Below, in pieces: positions 1-9,482 of a stretch of DNA of 64,000 nt. Under the pieces are notes generated by a model. It searched no databases, was not told the origin of the DNA, and worked only from the letters and a program-made list of their open reading frames with translations. Within the stretch, counting starts at the first letter, position 1; each line of letters opens with the position of its first letter. The DNA is from an uncultured Acidobacteriota bacterium (GTDB lineage: Bacteria; Acidobacteriota; Thermoanaerobaculia; Multivoradales; UBA5704): the NCBI GenBank assembly GCA_963770895.1, contig CAVYRF010000001.1:704481-768480 (forward strand), written 5' to 3'. Made by a program: the position numbers and the translations under genes.

Positions 1-1026
1 TTCCAGCCGGTCGGGCGAAACCGCGATCTCGTGGAAGCTGGGCAGCGCCTTGTCGCTGTCGGGGAAGCGGCCGGCGTGCGGACCGGTGATGATCGCCGTC
101 AGGTCGCTGTGCACGATCTCGTGGCCGTCGAGCATGGCCAGGATCGGCAGCCCGCTGTGTGCATGACCCTGGGGATACCGCTTGGTGTAGTCGATCTCGG
201 GGAGCTTCGCGGGATCGGGACGCGTGCAGACGCCGTTGTCCCACGTGCTGTCCTTGCTCGCCAGGCACAGGTCTTCGTGGTTCACCTGGCTGCGGTACCA
301 CTCGGCGCCGGCAGGCTCAACGATCAGCGCGCCGAACAGCCCCTGCTGCAGCTGACCGCCGTCGCCGTTGCCGCCGTCGGCCAGGCTGAACGTGTCGCCG
401 GTGCTGTACAGCAGGAATTCCCCTTCTTCCGGGGCATACAGCTGATACGTGATCGGCGGCAGGCCAGGCAGAACCAGGCTGCCGGTGCCCCCGGGCGGGG
501 TGCCCTGGCCGTTCAGGCCGACCCACGATCCGTCGTCGGCCGGCCGGTTGAACCAGTTGAGCCCCTGCACGTGCACGCCGGTGGCGCGGGTGGAGGGCTG
601 GCCGGCTTCGGGCGTCGGCGACACCAGGTTGCGGAACTCCACCTGCAGGCACTGCCCGCGGTTGACCCGCAGCACCATCGGCCGGGCGCGCTTGTACTTT
701 TTCAGCTGCACCTGGCCCGCCTGCCAGGTCGTCCAGTCCGCCGTGTTGGCGTTGGTCGACGTCTTGCTGGACGGTTCGACGTCGCCGGCCAGGGCATAGA
801 TCATTGCGTTGGGGAGGGATGCCCCCAGGCGGTTGGCGGTGATGGTCGCGTCGAGCGCCACCACCCGCGCCGTGACCGTCTCCGTGCACGGCGCGCCGCT
901 CTGCGCCATGGCGCCTGCCGGCACCATCCATGCGGCCAGCATCAAAAGGGCCGCGGGCGCCCACCGCGAAACACTGCAAGCAAAGGTGGGCCAAAGTGTA
1001 CGACGGAGCACTGCCGAGCTCTCCAT
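1..1026 (-). CDS. multicopper-oxidase-like (cupredoxin-fold) secreted protein; 3' partial, C-terminus lies beyond the window start
   Basis: Minus-strand frame is open from the ATG at 1026..1024 through position 1 (342 codons). It is absent from the ORF track because it has no stop in the window. A GGGAGGAG RBS sits 4 nt upstream. The N-terminus is signal-peptide-like (MESSAVLRRTLWPTFACSVSRWAPAALLMLAAWMVPAGAMA). It contains MCO domain-1-like blocks (MVLRVNRGQCLQVEFRN ... TGVHVQG ... QQGLFGALIVEP), but the canonical HWHG motif has only one His, so it may be a SufI/FtsP-like protein without copper. Confidence 0.5.
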   Translation of the reverse strand, partial: MESSAVLRRTLWPTFACSVSRWAPAALLMLAAWMVPAGAMAQSGAPCTETVTARVVALDATITANRLGASLPNAMIYALAGDVEPSSKTSTNANTADWTTWQAGQVQLKKYKRARPMVLRVNRGQCLQVEFRNLVSPTPEAGQPSTRATGVHVQGLNWFNRPADDGSWVGLNGQGTPPGGTGSLVLPGLPPITYQLYAPEEGEFLLYSTGDTFSLADGGNGDGGQLQQGLFGALIVEPAGAEWYRSQVNHEDLCLASKDSTWDNGVCTRPDPAKLPEIDYTKRYPQGHAHSGLPILAMLDGHEIVHSDLTAIITGPHAGRFPDSDKALPSFHEIAVSPDRLE

Positions 1027-1267
1027 ATCTCCTCCCGTTGGCAAGTACTACCAGCCGCTGACCCCTACGCGATCGGCCCATCTTGGAGGTCAGGTCCCCC
1101 CAAAGGCCATGGATCAGAATCGCGGCATAATCACTGTGTTGGCGAGTACTTTAGCACGTGACGAGGCGCACCCGCAACGCCTCGATCACCCCCTCGCGCC
1201 CCCGCCCCGCGCGCCCCCGCGAGCGACGCGCGGGCGCCACAGTGCGCCGCCGCGCCGGAGAAGGCGG

Positions 1268-3724
1268 CTAGGTCAGCAGGCCGAGGCGCTTGATGGCGGC
1301 TTGCAGGGTGTCGATGGTGACGGGCTTGGTGAGGTGGATGGCGAAGCCGGCGGCGCGGCTGCGGCGGAGGTCTTCGTCGCGGCCGTAGCCGGAAAGGGCG
1401 ATGCCGCGCAGGGCGTAGCGGCCGGAGAGGCGGCGCATGAGGTCGTGGCCGTCGCCGTCGGGGAGACCCGGGTCGCTGATCACCAGGTCGATGCCGCCGC
1501 GGTCGGCCGCGCGCACGGCGTCCGCGATGGTGCCCGCGACGCTGACTTGCAGGCCCAGCAGCCGGAGGAGCTGATCGATGGCCTCGGCGGTGTCGGCGTG
1601 ATCTTCGACCAGCAGGATGTGGCCCTGCGGCGCGGCCGGCACGCTGACGGCGGGCGCCGCGCCGGACGTCGCCGTCGCCGGCATCGCCGTCGCCGGCGGC
1701 GCCGTGGCGGCCGCGACCGATGCGACCGATGCGTACGATGCCGACTGTGCGTCCGCGGCAGGCGCGCCGGCGTCCGCGTGCCCGGCGCCCGCCGCGGCGA
1801 AACCGGACGCGGCGTCGAGCAGCGGCAGCAGCACGGTGAAAGTGGCGCCGCCGTCCTGGCCGGGGCTGGCCGCGGTCAGGCTGCCGCCGTGGGCGGCGAC
1901 GATGGCGCGGCTGATGGCGAGCCCCAGGCCCAGGCCGCCGAAGCGCCGGGCGGTGCCGGACCGGCCCTGGTCGAAGGCGTCGAAGATGTGCGGCAGCGCC
2001 TGGGCCTCGATGCCGATGCCGGTGTCGGCGATCTCGATCGCCAGGTTGCGCGGCGGTGGCTGCTGCTGGTGCCGGTGCTCCGGCCGCTCGCGATCGGATG
2101 GGGCGGCGGCGCGGGGGGCGATATCGGAGCCGGGGGCGCCGGGAGCGCCGGCACCGGCGACGGCGGCGTCGGGGGCGGGCGCCGTGGCGACGAAGGTGCG
2201 GATGCGGATGGTGCCGCCGGCGGGAGTGAATTTGACCGCATTGCTCAACAGGTTCCAGAAGACCTGCGCCAGGCGTGCCGGGTCGCCCCAGACCAGGTGC
2301 TCTGCGGCGCCCAGGTCGCTGGTCAGGTTGCGCGCCGCAAGCTCCCGTTCGCCGCAGGTTTCGCAGGCCTGGCGGAGGACCGACCGCAGGTCGGTCGGCT
2401 GGCTGTGCAGCTCCAGCTTGCCGCGCGTGCTGCGGGTCAGGTCCAGCAGGTCGTCGATCAGCCGCGCCTCCAGGTCGATGTTGCGGCGGATGACGGCAAG
2501 GTCGGCCTGCAGCGGCGGCGGCAGCGCGGCGTCGGCCTCCAGCTTGGAGGCGATGGCCAGGACCGGAGTCAGCGGCGTGCGCAGCTCGTGGCTGAGGGTT
2601 GCCAGGAAGTGGTCCTTGGCGTGGTTGGCGGCTTCCAGGTCGCGGTACAGGCGCGCGTTGTCCAGGGCCACGGCGGTGCGCCGGGCCAGCTCGATGGCGA
2701 CCGTCAGGTCCTCGTGCTGGTGGCTGCGGAGGGAGTCGCCATAGACCAGGTGCCAGACCCCCAGGGTGCGGTCGCGTGCCACCAGCGGCAGGCTGACCAG
2801 CGAGCAGGGGGAGAGGGCGGCGACGATCGCCGTGCCGGGACCGGCCGCCAGCGCGGCGGGGATCGCCGCCGCCGATCCGTTGGCGAGCAGCACCGGCTCG
2901 CCCGTGCGCATGACGGCTGCCGCGACCGACCCGTCGTGCCACGCGGGCGGCGTGGACTGCAGCTCGGTGAGCTGGCGCTGGCGCTCGCTGTCGGGCGACT
3001 TGCTGACGACGCGCTGGCCGTTGGAGCCGCGGTCCTTCAACAGGTCGATGACGCACCAATCGGCGAGCCTGGGCACCGCCAGCCGGGCGCCGGTTTCCAG
3101 CGCTTCGCCGGGCCCCAGCCAGGCGGACAGCAGCTCGCCGGCGTCGGCGAGCAGGCGCAGGCCGTCTTCGGCGCGCTTGCGCTCGGTGACGTCTTCGACG
3201 AAAGCGACAAACCCCAGGACTTCGCTGCCATGGACGTGCGGCACGAAGCTGGCGCGCAGGCAGCGCTCACCCAGGTCATTGCCCAGGGGGGCCCAGCGCT
3301 CGCACGAAATCTGGCGCCCGGCGAGCGTCGCGTCGATCGCCTCCTTGAGCACGCCGAAGGCGCCCTCGCCCAGCACCTCCGCCATGGTCCGTCCCGAGAT
3401 CTGGTGCACCGGCATGCCGAACCAGGCCTCGTAACGGCGGCTGTTGAAGCGGTAGCACAGGTCGCGGTCGACGTAGGCGACCAGCGCGGGCAGCGAATCG
3501 GTCACCAGGTGGAGCTGGCGGATGAGGTCGGCGGTATCGAGCGTGTACACCTGCTCGCCGCCGGGCGCAAGCATCACGAACGCATCCACCTCGCCGCGGC
3601 GGATGGCGCTCACCGTCTCTTCGGGCTCGGCCAGGCGCGCCCGCAGCTCGGCAATTTCTACCAGCAGCTCCTGGCGGGATTTGGCGGCGTCGATGGCGTC
3701 GGTGGCGGCGTTGGCGTCGGTCAT
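1268..3724 (-). CDS. hybrid sensor histidine kinase / response regulator (PAS-GAF-HisKA-HATPase-REC)
   Basis: 818 aa. H-box LSHELRTPLTPV, HATPase G-boxes (IADTGIGI, GGLGLGLAISRAIV) and a C-terminal receiver domain (ILLVEDHADTAE...DLVISDPGLPDGDG...HLTKP). ATG at 3724. It lies 43 nt downstream of kaiB on the same strand. Confidence 0.9.
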   Translation of the reverse strand: MTDANAATDAIDAAKSRQELLVEIAELRARLAEPEETVSAIRRGEVDAFVMLAPGGEQVYTLDTADLIRQLHLVTDSLPALVAYVDRDLCYRFNSRRYEAWFGMPVHQISGRTMAEVLGEGAFGVLKEAIDATLAGRQISCERWAPLGNDLGERCLRASFVPHVHGSEVLGFVAFVEDVTERKRAEDGLRLLADAGELLSAWLGPGEALETGARLAVPRLADWCVIDLLKDRGSNGQRVVSKSPDSERQRQLTELQSTPPAWHDGSVAAAVMRTGEPVLLANGSAAAIPAALAAGPGTAIVAALSPCSLVSLPLVARDRTLGVWHLVYGDSLRSHQHEDLTVAIELARRTAVALDNARLYRDLEAANHAKDHFLATLSHELRTPLTPVLAIASKLEADAALPPPLQADLAVIRRNIDLEARLIDDLLDLTRSTRGKLELHSQPTDLRSVLRQACETCGERELAARNLTSDLGAAEHLVWGDPARLAQVFWNLLSNAVKFTPAGGTIRIRTFVATAPAPDAAVAGAGAPGAPGSDIAPRAAAPSDRERPEHRHQQQPPPRNLAIEIADTGIGIEAQALPHIFDAFDQGRSGTARRFGGLGLGLAISRAIVAAHGGSLTAASPGQDGGATFTVLLPLLDAASGFAAAGAGHADAGAPAADAQSASYASVASVAAATAPPATAMPATATSGAAPAVSVPAAPQGHILLVEDHADTAEAIDQLLRLLGLQVSVAGTIADAVRAADRGGIDLVISDPGLPDGDGHDLMRRLSGRYALRGIALSGYGRDEDLRRSRAAGFAIHLTKPVTIDTLQAAIKRLGLLT

Positions 3725-3725
3725 A

Positions 3726-3761
3726 GGTCCAGCGTTGGTATCTCGGGCGGGTCGCTGGACC
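3726..3761 (-). promoter_or_regulatory. perfect 9-bp inverted repeat (GGTCCAGCG-N18-CGCTGGACC) filling the kaiB-histidine kinase intergenic gap
   Basis: The rc of 3726-3734 equals 3753-3761 exactly. The stem ends 2 nt before the kinase ATG and 5 nt after the kaiB stop. No U-tract follows, so this is a possible translational or attenuator hairpin. Confidence 0.35.
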
Positions 3762-3766
3762 GCGCA

Positions 3767-4108
3767 TCATCTCCGCGGCAGCACATCCAATCCCACCAGC
3801 ACCCGTTCCGTCTGTGACAGGTCGCCGATGATCTTGCGCATCGGCGCCGGCAGCTTCCTTACCAGGGTCGGGATCGCCAGGATCTGGTCCGCCCGCGCCA
3901 GGTGCGGGTTGGCCATGAGGTCGATCACCTCGACCCGATATCTCCCTGCAAGATGCTCGCCGCAGATCTTTTTGAGGTTGCTGAGCGCCGCCATTGAGCG
4001 CGGGGTCTGGCCGGCGACGTAGAGCCGCAGGTCCCAGGTTCCCTCCTCCTGCTCGGGCGGGAGCGATGGAGGCGATGGAGACGAGGTGGTCTGGTCGTGG
4101 TTGCTCAT
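3767..4108 (-). CDS. kaiB: circadian clock protein KaiB
   Basis: 113 aa. [81 protein letters not shown] is a near-canonical KaiB thioredoxin-like sequence. GGAAGGAA RBS. Its ATG overlaps the kaiC stop (ATGA at 4105-4108). It is embedded in a longer spurious 387-aa ORF. Confidence 0.9.
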   Translation of the reverse strand: MSNHDQTTSSPSPPSLPPEQEEGTWDLRLYVAGQTPRSMAALSNLKKICGEHLAGRYRVEVIDLMANPHLARADQILAIPTLVRKLPAPMRKIIGDLSQTERVLVGLDVLPRR

Positions 4109-5892
4109 AGCCGTTCCTTCCGAGCCGGCGAGCGGCCGCCGGCCCCCTCTGTCTGGCGCTTTTGCGCCATGTCCTGCCGCAGGCGGGCGTCGTCTTCGCG
4201 GCGGCGTTGCTCGCCGGCGAGCAGCGCCTCCAGGCGCTCCTCCTCGACTTTGAATTCGTGGCGCAGCAGGGCGATGCGGTTTTCCACGTCCTCGCGCTTG
4301 AGCTCCACTTCGCGCCGCCGCCGCTGCACCTCCAGCTGCCAGTCCGCCATCTCTTTGTCCTGTCGCGCCTGCTCCGCGGTGCGCGCCGAGCCGACCAGGA
4401 TGCCGGCAGGACCTACAAAAACCTCCGACAGCCGGATGCCGTGGTCGGTCAGCAGCAGCTCGCGCGTCTGCCGCGAGTGACCCATGCCGCGCGACTTGAA
4501 CAGCGACAGGGTGCGGTTGCGCTCGCCGCCCGCTTCGACGTCGCTCAACACCAGCCAGCTGTCGATCAGCGACGAGACGCCGACCACGGATTCCTGTTCG
4601 TTGCGGTGTGGCGTCGTCAGGCTGGTGTACAGGGCGGTGACGCGGCGCTCCTTCAGGAAGTCCAGCAGCCGCACCAGCAGCGACCGCACGTCGTTGGCGG
4701 AGCTGGTGGACAGGAAGGTGCCGATCGAATCGATCACGACCATCTGGGCGTCGGTGTCGCGCACCGCGCGGTGGATCACCGCCAGATGGCTTTCCAGGCC
4801 GTGCAGCGTCGGCCGCGCCGCGTGGAAGCGCAGCAGCCCCTCGCGCAGTGGGGTTTCCATGTCGAGGCCGATCGATGCCATGTTGCGCACCACCTGGTCG
4901 TGCGACTCCTCGAAGGAGAAATAGAGGCACTTTTCGCCGCGCTTGCAGGCTGCGGCGACGAAGGACGACGCCAGGCTGCTCTTACCGCTGCCGGCAACGC
5001 CGGAGATCAGGACGCTGCTGCCGCGGTAGAAGCCGCCGCCCAGCATGGCGTCCAGGTCCGGCACGCCGCTCGAGATCCGCTCGCGCGACACCTTGTAGTC
5101 GAGGCCGGCGGCGGTGATCGGCAGCACCTCCAGGCCTTCGCTGTCGATCAGGAAGGGGTATTCGTTGGTGCCGTGGGCCGAGCCGCGGTACTTGACGATG
5201 CGCAGGCGGCGCGTCGCGATCTGGTCCACCACCCGATTGTCCAGCAGGATGACGCAGTCCGACACGTACTCTTCGATGCCGAAGCGGGTGAGCGCGCCGT
5301 CGCCGCGTTCGGCGGTGATGATCGCCGTCACGCCGCGGTCCTTGAGCCAGCGGAAGAGTCGCCGCAGCTCGGCGCGCAGGATGGCCTGGTTGGTGAGACC
5401 GCCGAAGAGCGCTTCCAAGGTGTCCAGGACAACCCGTCTGGCGCCGATCGCGTCGATGGCGAAACCCAACCGGATGAACAGCCCCTCCAGGTCGTAGTCG
5501 CCGCTCTCCTGGATCTCGCCGGGTTCGATGTGCACGGTGTCGACGGTCAGCAGGTGCTGCTTCGCCAGGGCGTCCAGGTCGAAGCCCAGCGAGCGGACGT
5601 TGGCGCTCAGCTCGTCGGCGTTCTCCTCGAAGGCCAGGAAGACGCCGGGTTCGCCGCACCGCGTCGCGCCGTGCACCAGGAAGTGCATCGCCAGGAGCGT
5701 CTTGCCGCACCCGGCGCTGCCGCACACCAGGCTGGGCCGGCCGGCCGGCAGGCCGCCGCCGGTGATCTCGTCGAGACCGGCGATGCCGGTGGCGGCCTTG
5801 GGCAGCGCGCCGGCGGCGGTCTGCACGCGGCTGTGGCTGACGGTGGTCGGCGGCGGTGCGGGCCGCTGGTCGCTGTCCGTCGTCTTGCTCAT
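4105..5892 (-). CDS. kaiC: circadian clock protein KaiC (double RecA-like ATPase) with extended C-terminal coiled-coil tail
   Basis: 595 aa from ATG 5892 (reverse-translation NAMSKTT verified). CI Walker A is GSAGCGKT and CII Walker A is GVAGSGKS, with two RecA/DnaB-like halves. The last roughly 90 aa are charged and heptad-like ([75 protein letters not shown]). The 212-aa Arg-rich N-terminal extension of the ORF-track entry is rejected. Confidence 0.9.
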   Translation of the reverse strand: MSKTTDSDQRPAPPPTTVSHSRVQTAAGALPKAATGIAGLDEITGGGLPAGRPSLVCGSAGCGKTLLAMHFLVHGATRCGEPGVFLAFEENADELSANVRSLGFDLDALAKQHLLTVDTVHIEPGEIQESGDYDLEGLFIRLGFAIDAIGARRVVLDTLEALFGGLTNQAILRAELRRLFRWLKDRGVTAIITAERGDGALTRFGIEEYVSDCVILLDNRVVDQIATRRLRIVKYRGSAHGTNEYPFLIDSEGLEVLPITAAGLDYKVSRERISSGVPDLDAMLGGGFYRGSSVLISGVAGSGKSSLASSFVAAACKRGEKCLYFSFEESHDQVVRNMASIGLDMETPLREGLLRFHAARPTLHGLESHLAVIHRAVRDTDAQMVVIDSIGTFLSTSSANDVRSLLVRLLDFLKERRVTALYTSLTTPHRNEQESVVGVSSLIDSWLVLSDVEAGGERNRTLSLFKSRGMGHSRQTRELLLTDHGIRLSEVFVGPAGILVGSARTAEQARQDKEMADWQLEVQRRRREVELKREDVENRIALLRHEFKVEEERLEALLAGEQRRREDDARLRQDMAQKRQTEGAGGRSPARKERL

Positions 5893-5909
5893 GGCGTTGG
5901 TCTGGCGCC

Positions 5910-7796
5910 TTACCCTGACGATAGCGACCCTCGCTGTATCCGGCCGCCGCCTGCCCGTGCCTGCCGCGGGTGGGAAGCGGTCGGAGTATACACCTCCGGC
6001 ATGGTGGCGCCGGGTGACGACAGCATCCCCCTGGCCGCCGCCAGGGCTGCCGCCAGGGGGATGCGGGCGGGGCGGTTGCGGGCGGCGTCGAAGAGGGCCT
6101 GGCTGAGCGGTCCCGCGGGCTGGGAGTGGACCAGCTTTTCGTGGTGGGCAAAGTAGAGGGTGGGCGTGGCGGCGGCTTCGGCCAGGTGGATCGGGGCGCT
6201 GTCGTTGGAGACCAGCAGGCGCGCGCCGGCGACCAGGGCCGCCAGGGCGCCGAAGGAATCCCGGCGGATGACGATGCGGCCGCGGTCGGCGGCGCCGGCC
6301 TGCCCGCGGCGCAGGTGTTGCTCCACCGCGGCGAGCACCGCGGCGTCGCCGGCGCCGCCTTCGATCAGCACGTGCAGGCCGTCGGCCGCCAGGCCCAGCG
6401 CCAGGGCGGCGAACTTGCGCGCCGGCCAGCGGGTCGACGAGCGCGCGCCGGGGGTGAGCACCGCGAAGGGGGCGTCGCCGATCCCGGCGGCGGCGAGCGC
6501 CGCGGCGGCTTCGTCGCGCCAGGCGGCGCACAGCGGCAGCTCGATGCGGCGGTCGACCGAGCCCGCCGGCGCGGCACCGGGCAGCGGATCGAGCGCGTGC
6601 AGCAGCAGGCGCGGGCTGGGCAGGGTGTTCCAGAAAAACCAGGCCTCGTGGGTGAACAGCGGCGACGCCTCGCGGCCGTCGTCCGCCGCGTCGAAGTATT
6701 CCAGGTTGACCCGCCAGGGAATGCCAAGCTGGGCCGCGGTTTCAGCCAGCCACCGTGCCGCCGGGCGCCGCACAAACGCGAACAGTGCGGCGTCGAAGCG
6801 GCGCGCCGCCAGCTGCTGCACCAAAAGCTGCCGGGGGGAGAGCCCGGCCGCGCCGTGCGGATTGACCAGAGGGTCCAGCGGGTCGAGCGGATCCAGCTGT
6901 GCCAGCGGGCTCGCCGCCTCCGGAGGATGCAACGGGTTCACCCGGTCCGGCGGGTTCGCTGGGGTCGGGCTCACGGGCTTCAGCGCGTTCGGAGTGTTCG
7001 GTGTCTTTGGCGATTCCCGTGGGTCCGGCGGCAGGATCAGCAGCTCACCCAGCCGCGGATTGGTTGCCAGCGCCGGCACCGCGCCCGGGGCGGCCAGCAC
7101 GGTGATCCGGACACCGGGCAGCCGGCTGTGCAGCGCGCGCAGCAGCGGCGTCAGCCACAGCGCGTCCCCCAGATGGGAGCGCGCCTGGAAGACCAGCACG
7201 CTGCGGACCGGGGCGGCGGGGCCGGGCGCCGCGGTCAGCCAGTGCGGCGAGTCCGCCGCCAGCGCGGCGGCGAACGCGTCGCCCGCCGCCCGCGCCGCCG
7301 CCCCGTCGGGCAGCCGCCATTGGAAGGCGCGCGGCACCGGCGCCAGCCACCAGCCGGGCCGCCCGGCAATGCGCTCTGCGATGGCGGCGTCGTCGCCCAG
7401 CAGCACGCCGGCGGCGCCCGGCCGGGCGAGGCCGCCGGGGCTCCAGGGCGGTGCCCCTCCGTCGGGCGCCGCGGCGCCGCCGGGGATCCGCGCGACCGCC
7501 GCCGCCGGGAGCAGCGCAAAGGGGGCGTCGGTGGCCAGGGCCGAGCGCAGCCAGACCCGCGTGCGCACCGCGGGCCGCGCCGCCCCCAGCCCCTCGAGCA
7601 GGCCGTACAGGCCGGCGAATTCCAGCCGGTGATGCACCGGCTGCCCGCACACCAGCTCCAGGTCGAAGCCCGCGGCGACCCCCTCCTGTGCCGCGACGGC
7701 GTCCAGGGCGCGCAGCAGGCCGGCGACGGTCGCGGGCAGCACCGGCAGGGGCAAGGTTCCCGCCGGGCGGCGAAGCTGTGGCTGGGGATCGGTCAT
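5910..7796 (-). CDS. GT9 family glycosyltransferase (ADP-heptose:LPS heptosyltransferase-like) with roughly 210-aa N-terminal domain of unknown function and a Pro-rich insertion
   Basis: C-terminal 400 aa match the GT9 fold (VLVFQARSHLGDALWLTPLLRALH...ITVLA...; GDAPFAVLTPGARSSTRWPARKFAALA...GRIVIRRDSFGALAALVAGARLLVSNDSAPIHLAEAAATPTLYFA). An inserted segment reads PPDPRESPKTPNTPNALKPVSPTPANPPDRVNPLHPPEAASPLAQLDPLDPLDP. Start chosen at ATG 7796 (MTDPQPQ), the first Met after the domain-free Arg-rich stretch. The start is uncertain and there could be two genes. The stop is 17 nt before the kaiC start. Confidence 0.6.
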   Translation of the reverse strand: MTDPQPQLRRPAGTLPLPVLPATVAGLLRALDAVAAQEGVAAGFDLELVCGQPVHHRLEFAGLYGLLEGLGAARPAVRTRVWLRSALATDAPFALLPAAAVARIPGGAAAPDGGAPPWSPGGLARPGAAGVLLGDDAAIAERIAGRPGWWLAPVPRAFQWRLPDGAAARAAGDAFAAALAADSPHWLTAAPGPAAPVRSVLVFQARSHLGDALWLTPLLRALHSRLPGVRITVLAAPGAVPALATNPRLGELLILPPDPRESPKTPNTPNALKPVSPTPANPPDRVNPLHPPEAASPLAQLDPLDPLDPLVNPHGAAGLSPRQLLVQQLAARRFDAALFAFVRRPAARWLAETAAQLGIPWRVNLEYFDAADDGREASPLFTHEAWFFWNTLPSPRLLLHALDPLPGAAPAGSVDRRIELPLCAAWRDEAAAALAAAGIGDAPFAVLTPGARSSTRWPARKFAALALGLAADGLHVLIEGGAGDAAVLAAVEQHLRRGQAGAADRGRIVIRRDSFGALAALVAGARLLVSNDSAPIHLAEAAATPTLYFAHHEKLVHSQPAGPLSQALFDAARNRPARIPLAAALAAARGMLSSPGATMPEVYTPTASHPRQARAGGGRIQRGSLSSG

Positions 7797-7897
7797 CAAC
7801 CGGGTTGGAGCAGTCGATCGCGCGCGCCGGCGCCGGCGCGGCTGCCGGCACCCCGGTGCAGTATTATAGTGCCACCTTACAGCCGCCAAACGAATCG
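7797..7897. promoter_or_regulatory. divergent promoter region between the GT9-like gene and the P-loop kinase gene
   Basis: 101-bp intergenic spacer, locally AT-richer (cagtattatagtgccaccttacagccgccaaacgaatcg), with a TATTAT/TATAGT -10-like element 30 to 35 nt upstream of the ATG at 7898. Confidence 0.3.
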
Positions 7898-8572
7898 ATG
7901 GGTCACGGGGCAAACGACGAAACCTGGCTGCGCGAGCGGCTGCGCCAGGTCTACTGGCTGGGGGGCTCGGCCTGCTCGGGCAAGACCGCCGTGGCGCGCC
8001 GCCTTGCCGCGGCGCACGGGCTGGCGGTGTACCACACCGACGACTCCTTCGAGCGCCATCGCCGGCAGGCCGATCCGCGCCGCTACCCGGCGTTCTGCCG
8101 CGTCGGCGACCTGGCCGTCGAAGCGCTGCTGGCGGCGCCGGCTGATGAGCAGGCCAGCGAAATGCTGGCCTTCCACCGCGAGCACCTGGAGCTGGTGATC
8201 GCCGACCTGGCGGCGGCGCCGCCGGACCAGCCTCTGCTGGTCGAAGGAACGTGCCTGCTGCCGGCGCGCGTCGCGCAGCTGGCGGCGGGGCCCGCGCGGA
8301 CCCTGTGGCTGCTGGCGACGCCGCGGTTCCGGCGCCGCAGCTACCGCCGGCGCGGCCCCTGGGTGGAACGCATGCTCGCCGCGTGCGATCAGCCGGCGGC
8401 GGCCTTCGAGCGCTGGATGGCGCGCGACGACGCGCTGGCCGACTGGCGCCGGCAGCAGCTTGCCGCCCTCGGTCTGGCATGGCGCGACGTCGACGGCAGG
8501 CGCCCGCCGGCAGAAGAGGCCGCCGCCGTGGCAGCCCATTTCCAGCTCGCCGTGCCGGCGGGCGTGGGCTGA
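7898..8572 (+). CDS. P-loop NTPase / small-molecule kinase (AAA_33-like)
   Basis: 224 aa. Walker A GGSACSGKT is followed by a nucleoside/sugar-kinase-like fold (LAVYHTDDSFERH). ATG at 7898 is the first in-frame Met after the divergent spacer. Confidence 0.7.
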   Translation: MGHGANDETWLRERLRQVYWLGGSACSGKTAVARRLAAAHGLAVYHTDDSFERHRRQADPRRYPAFCRVGDLAVEALLAAPADEQASEMLAFHREHLELVIADLAAAPPDQPLLVEGTCLLPARVAQLAAGPARTLWLLATPRFRRRSYRRRGPWVERMLAACDQPAAAFERWMARDDALADWRRQQLAALGLAWRDVDGRRPPAEEAAAVAAHFQLAVPAGVG

Positions 8573-8669
8573 TGAGCGCGCGGCGCGCAGTGGGCGATAC
8601 GCCAGGCCGGCGCGGGCAGTGGGCGATGACGGGCCGGATGCCGCGCCAACCGGGAAGGAGGCAGTGCCG

Positions 8670-9482
8670 ATGGAAGACACCGTAGCGGCGGCGGGCGCCA
8701 CCGACGCCGAGCGCTATTTCTTCGAGGCCAACGGCTACCTGGTGATCCACGACGCCCTGGGGCCGCGCGACCTGGCGCGGGTGTGCGCCGCGGGCGAAGC
8801 CGCCGCCGCGCGCTGGCGGGCCGATCCGGCGCTGCCGGGGCCGCGCCGCGCCGACCTGGAAAGCATCCTGGCGATCGTCGAATACGACCCGGTGTTCCTG
8901 GAGGTGCTGGAAAACCCGCGCGTCCTGCCGGTGGTGCGCGACCTGCTGGGCCCGGATCTCATGCTGGTCGACAACGACTACTTTCTCACCCCGCCCGGCG
9001 CCACGATCCGCCGCGGCTGGCACTACGACGAATCCTTCCCCGGCGTGTATCACCCGCGCTCGCGGCTGCTGGTCAAGGTGTTCTACGTGCTGCAGGACAT
9101 CCCGCCCGGCGGCGGCGCCACGCTGGTGCTGCCCGGCTCGCACTGCTTTGCCGCCGACCTGCGCCTGCCCAACTCCGAGGTGCCCGAAGACCTGCCGGGA
9201 AGCGTGCCGCTCCACCTGCCGGCGGGGGCCGCCTATCTGATGTCCGGGCGCACCTATCACTCGGCCGGCACCAACCGCTCGGCGCTCTACCGCAAGCTGC
9301 TGATCTATACCTATGGGCACAAATGGATGCGCGTCTGGGACAGCTACGAACCCTCGGCGGCGCTGGCGGCGCGCGCCGAGCGGCCGATCACCCGCCAGCT
9401 GCTGGGGCTGACCGATCCCTATGGCGCCAACGCGCCCCTGGCGGCAAGCGACGGCCAGGCGGCCGCCCAGGTGGAAGCGTGA
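8670..9482 (+). CDS. phytanoyl-CoA dioxygenase (PhyH) family Fe(II)/2-oxoglutarate oxygenase
   Basis: 270 aa. HxD...H facial triad (WHYDESF ... TYHSAGTN). GGAAGGAGG RBS 8 nt upstream of ATG 8670. Confidence 0.85.
   Translation: MEDTVAAAGATDAERYFFEANGYLVIHDALGPRDLARVCAAGEAAAARWRADPALPGPRRADLESILAIVEYDPVFLEVLENPRVLPVVRDLLGPDLMLVDNDYFLTPPGATIRRGWHYDESFPGVYHPRSRLLVKVFYVLQDIPPGGGATLVLPGSHCFAADLRLPNSEVPEDLPGSVPLHLPAGAAYLMSGRTYHSAGTNRSALYRKLLIYTYGHKWMRVWDSYEPSAALAARAERPITRQLLGLTDPYGANAPLAASDGQAAAQVEA

Noticed and set aside
1162-1267. GC-rich imperfect palindrome (gcgcccccgcg...gcgcgggcgcc) downstream of the kinase stop as a terminator
   Set aside because: The stems are imperfect and such GC palindromes occur by chance in this composition. 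Not supportable.
809-3817. 1002-aa plus-strand ORF (and 1131..3059 minus, 642 aa) overlapping the histidine kinase gene
   Set aside because: Extremely Arg/Gly/Pro-rich translation with no domains. It is the antisense or off-frame reading of a real gene in a 70% GC sequence.
3767-4930. 387-aa minus-strand ORF
   Set aside because: Only the last 113 codons (KaiB) are coding. The upstream part is the out-of-frame 3' end of kaiC with Arg/Pro-rich composition.
5893-6531. 212-aa N-terminal extension of the kaiC ORF (MRRLARRSRR...)
   Set aside because: Arg-rich with no similarity. It overlaps the GT9 gene 3' end in another frame. The true KaiC N-terminus is MSKTTDSD, matching the family.
6126-8198. 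690-aa plus-strand ORF and other plus ORFs across 6.1-8.2 kb
   Set aside because: Antisense of the GT9-like gene and of low complexity.
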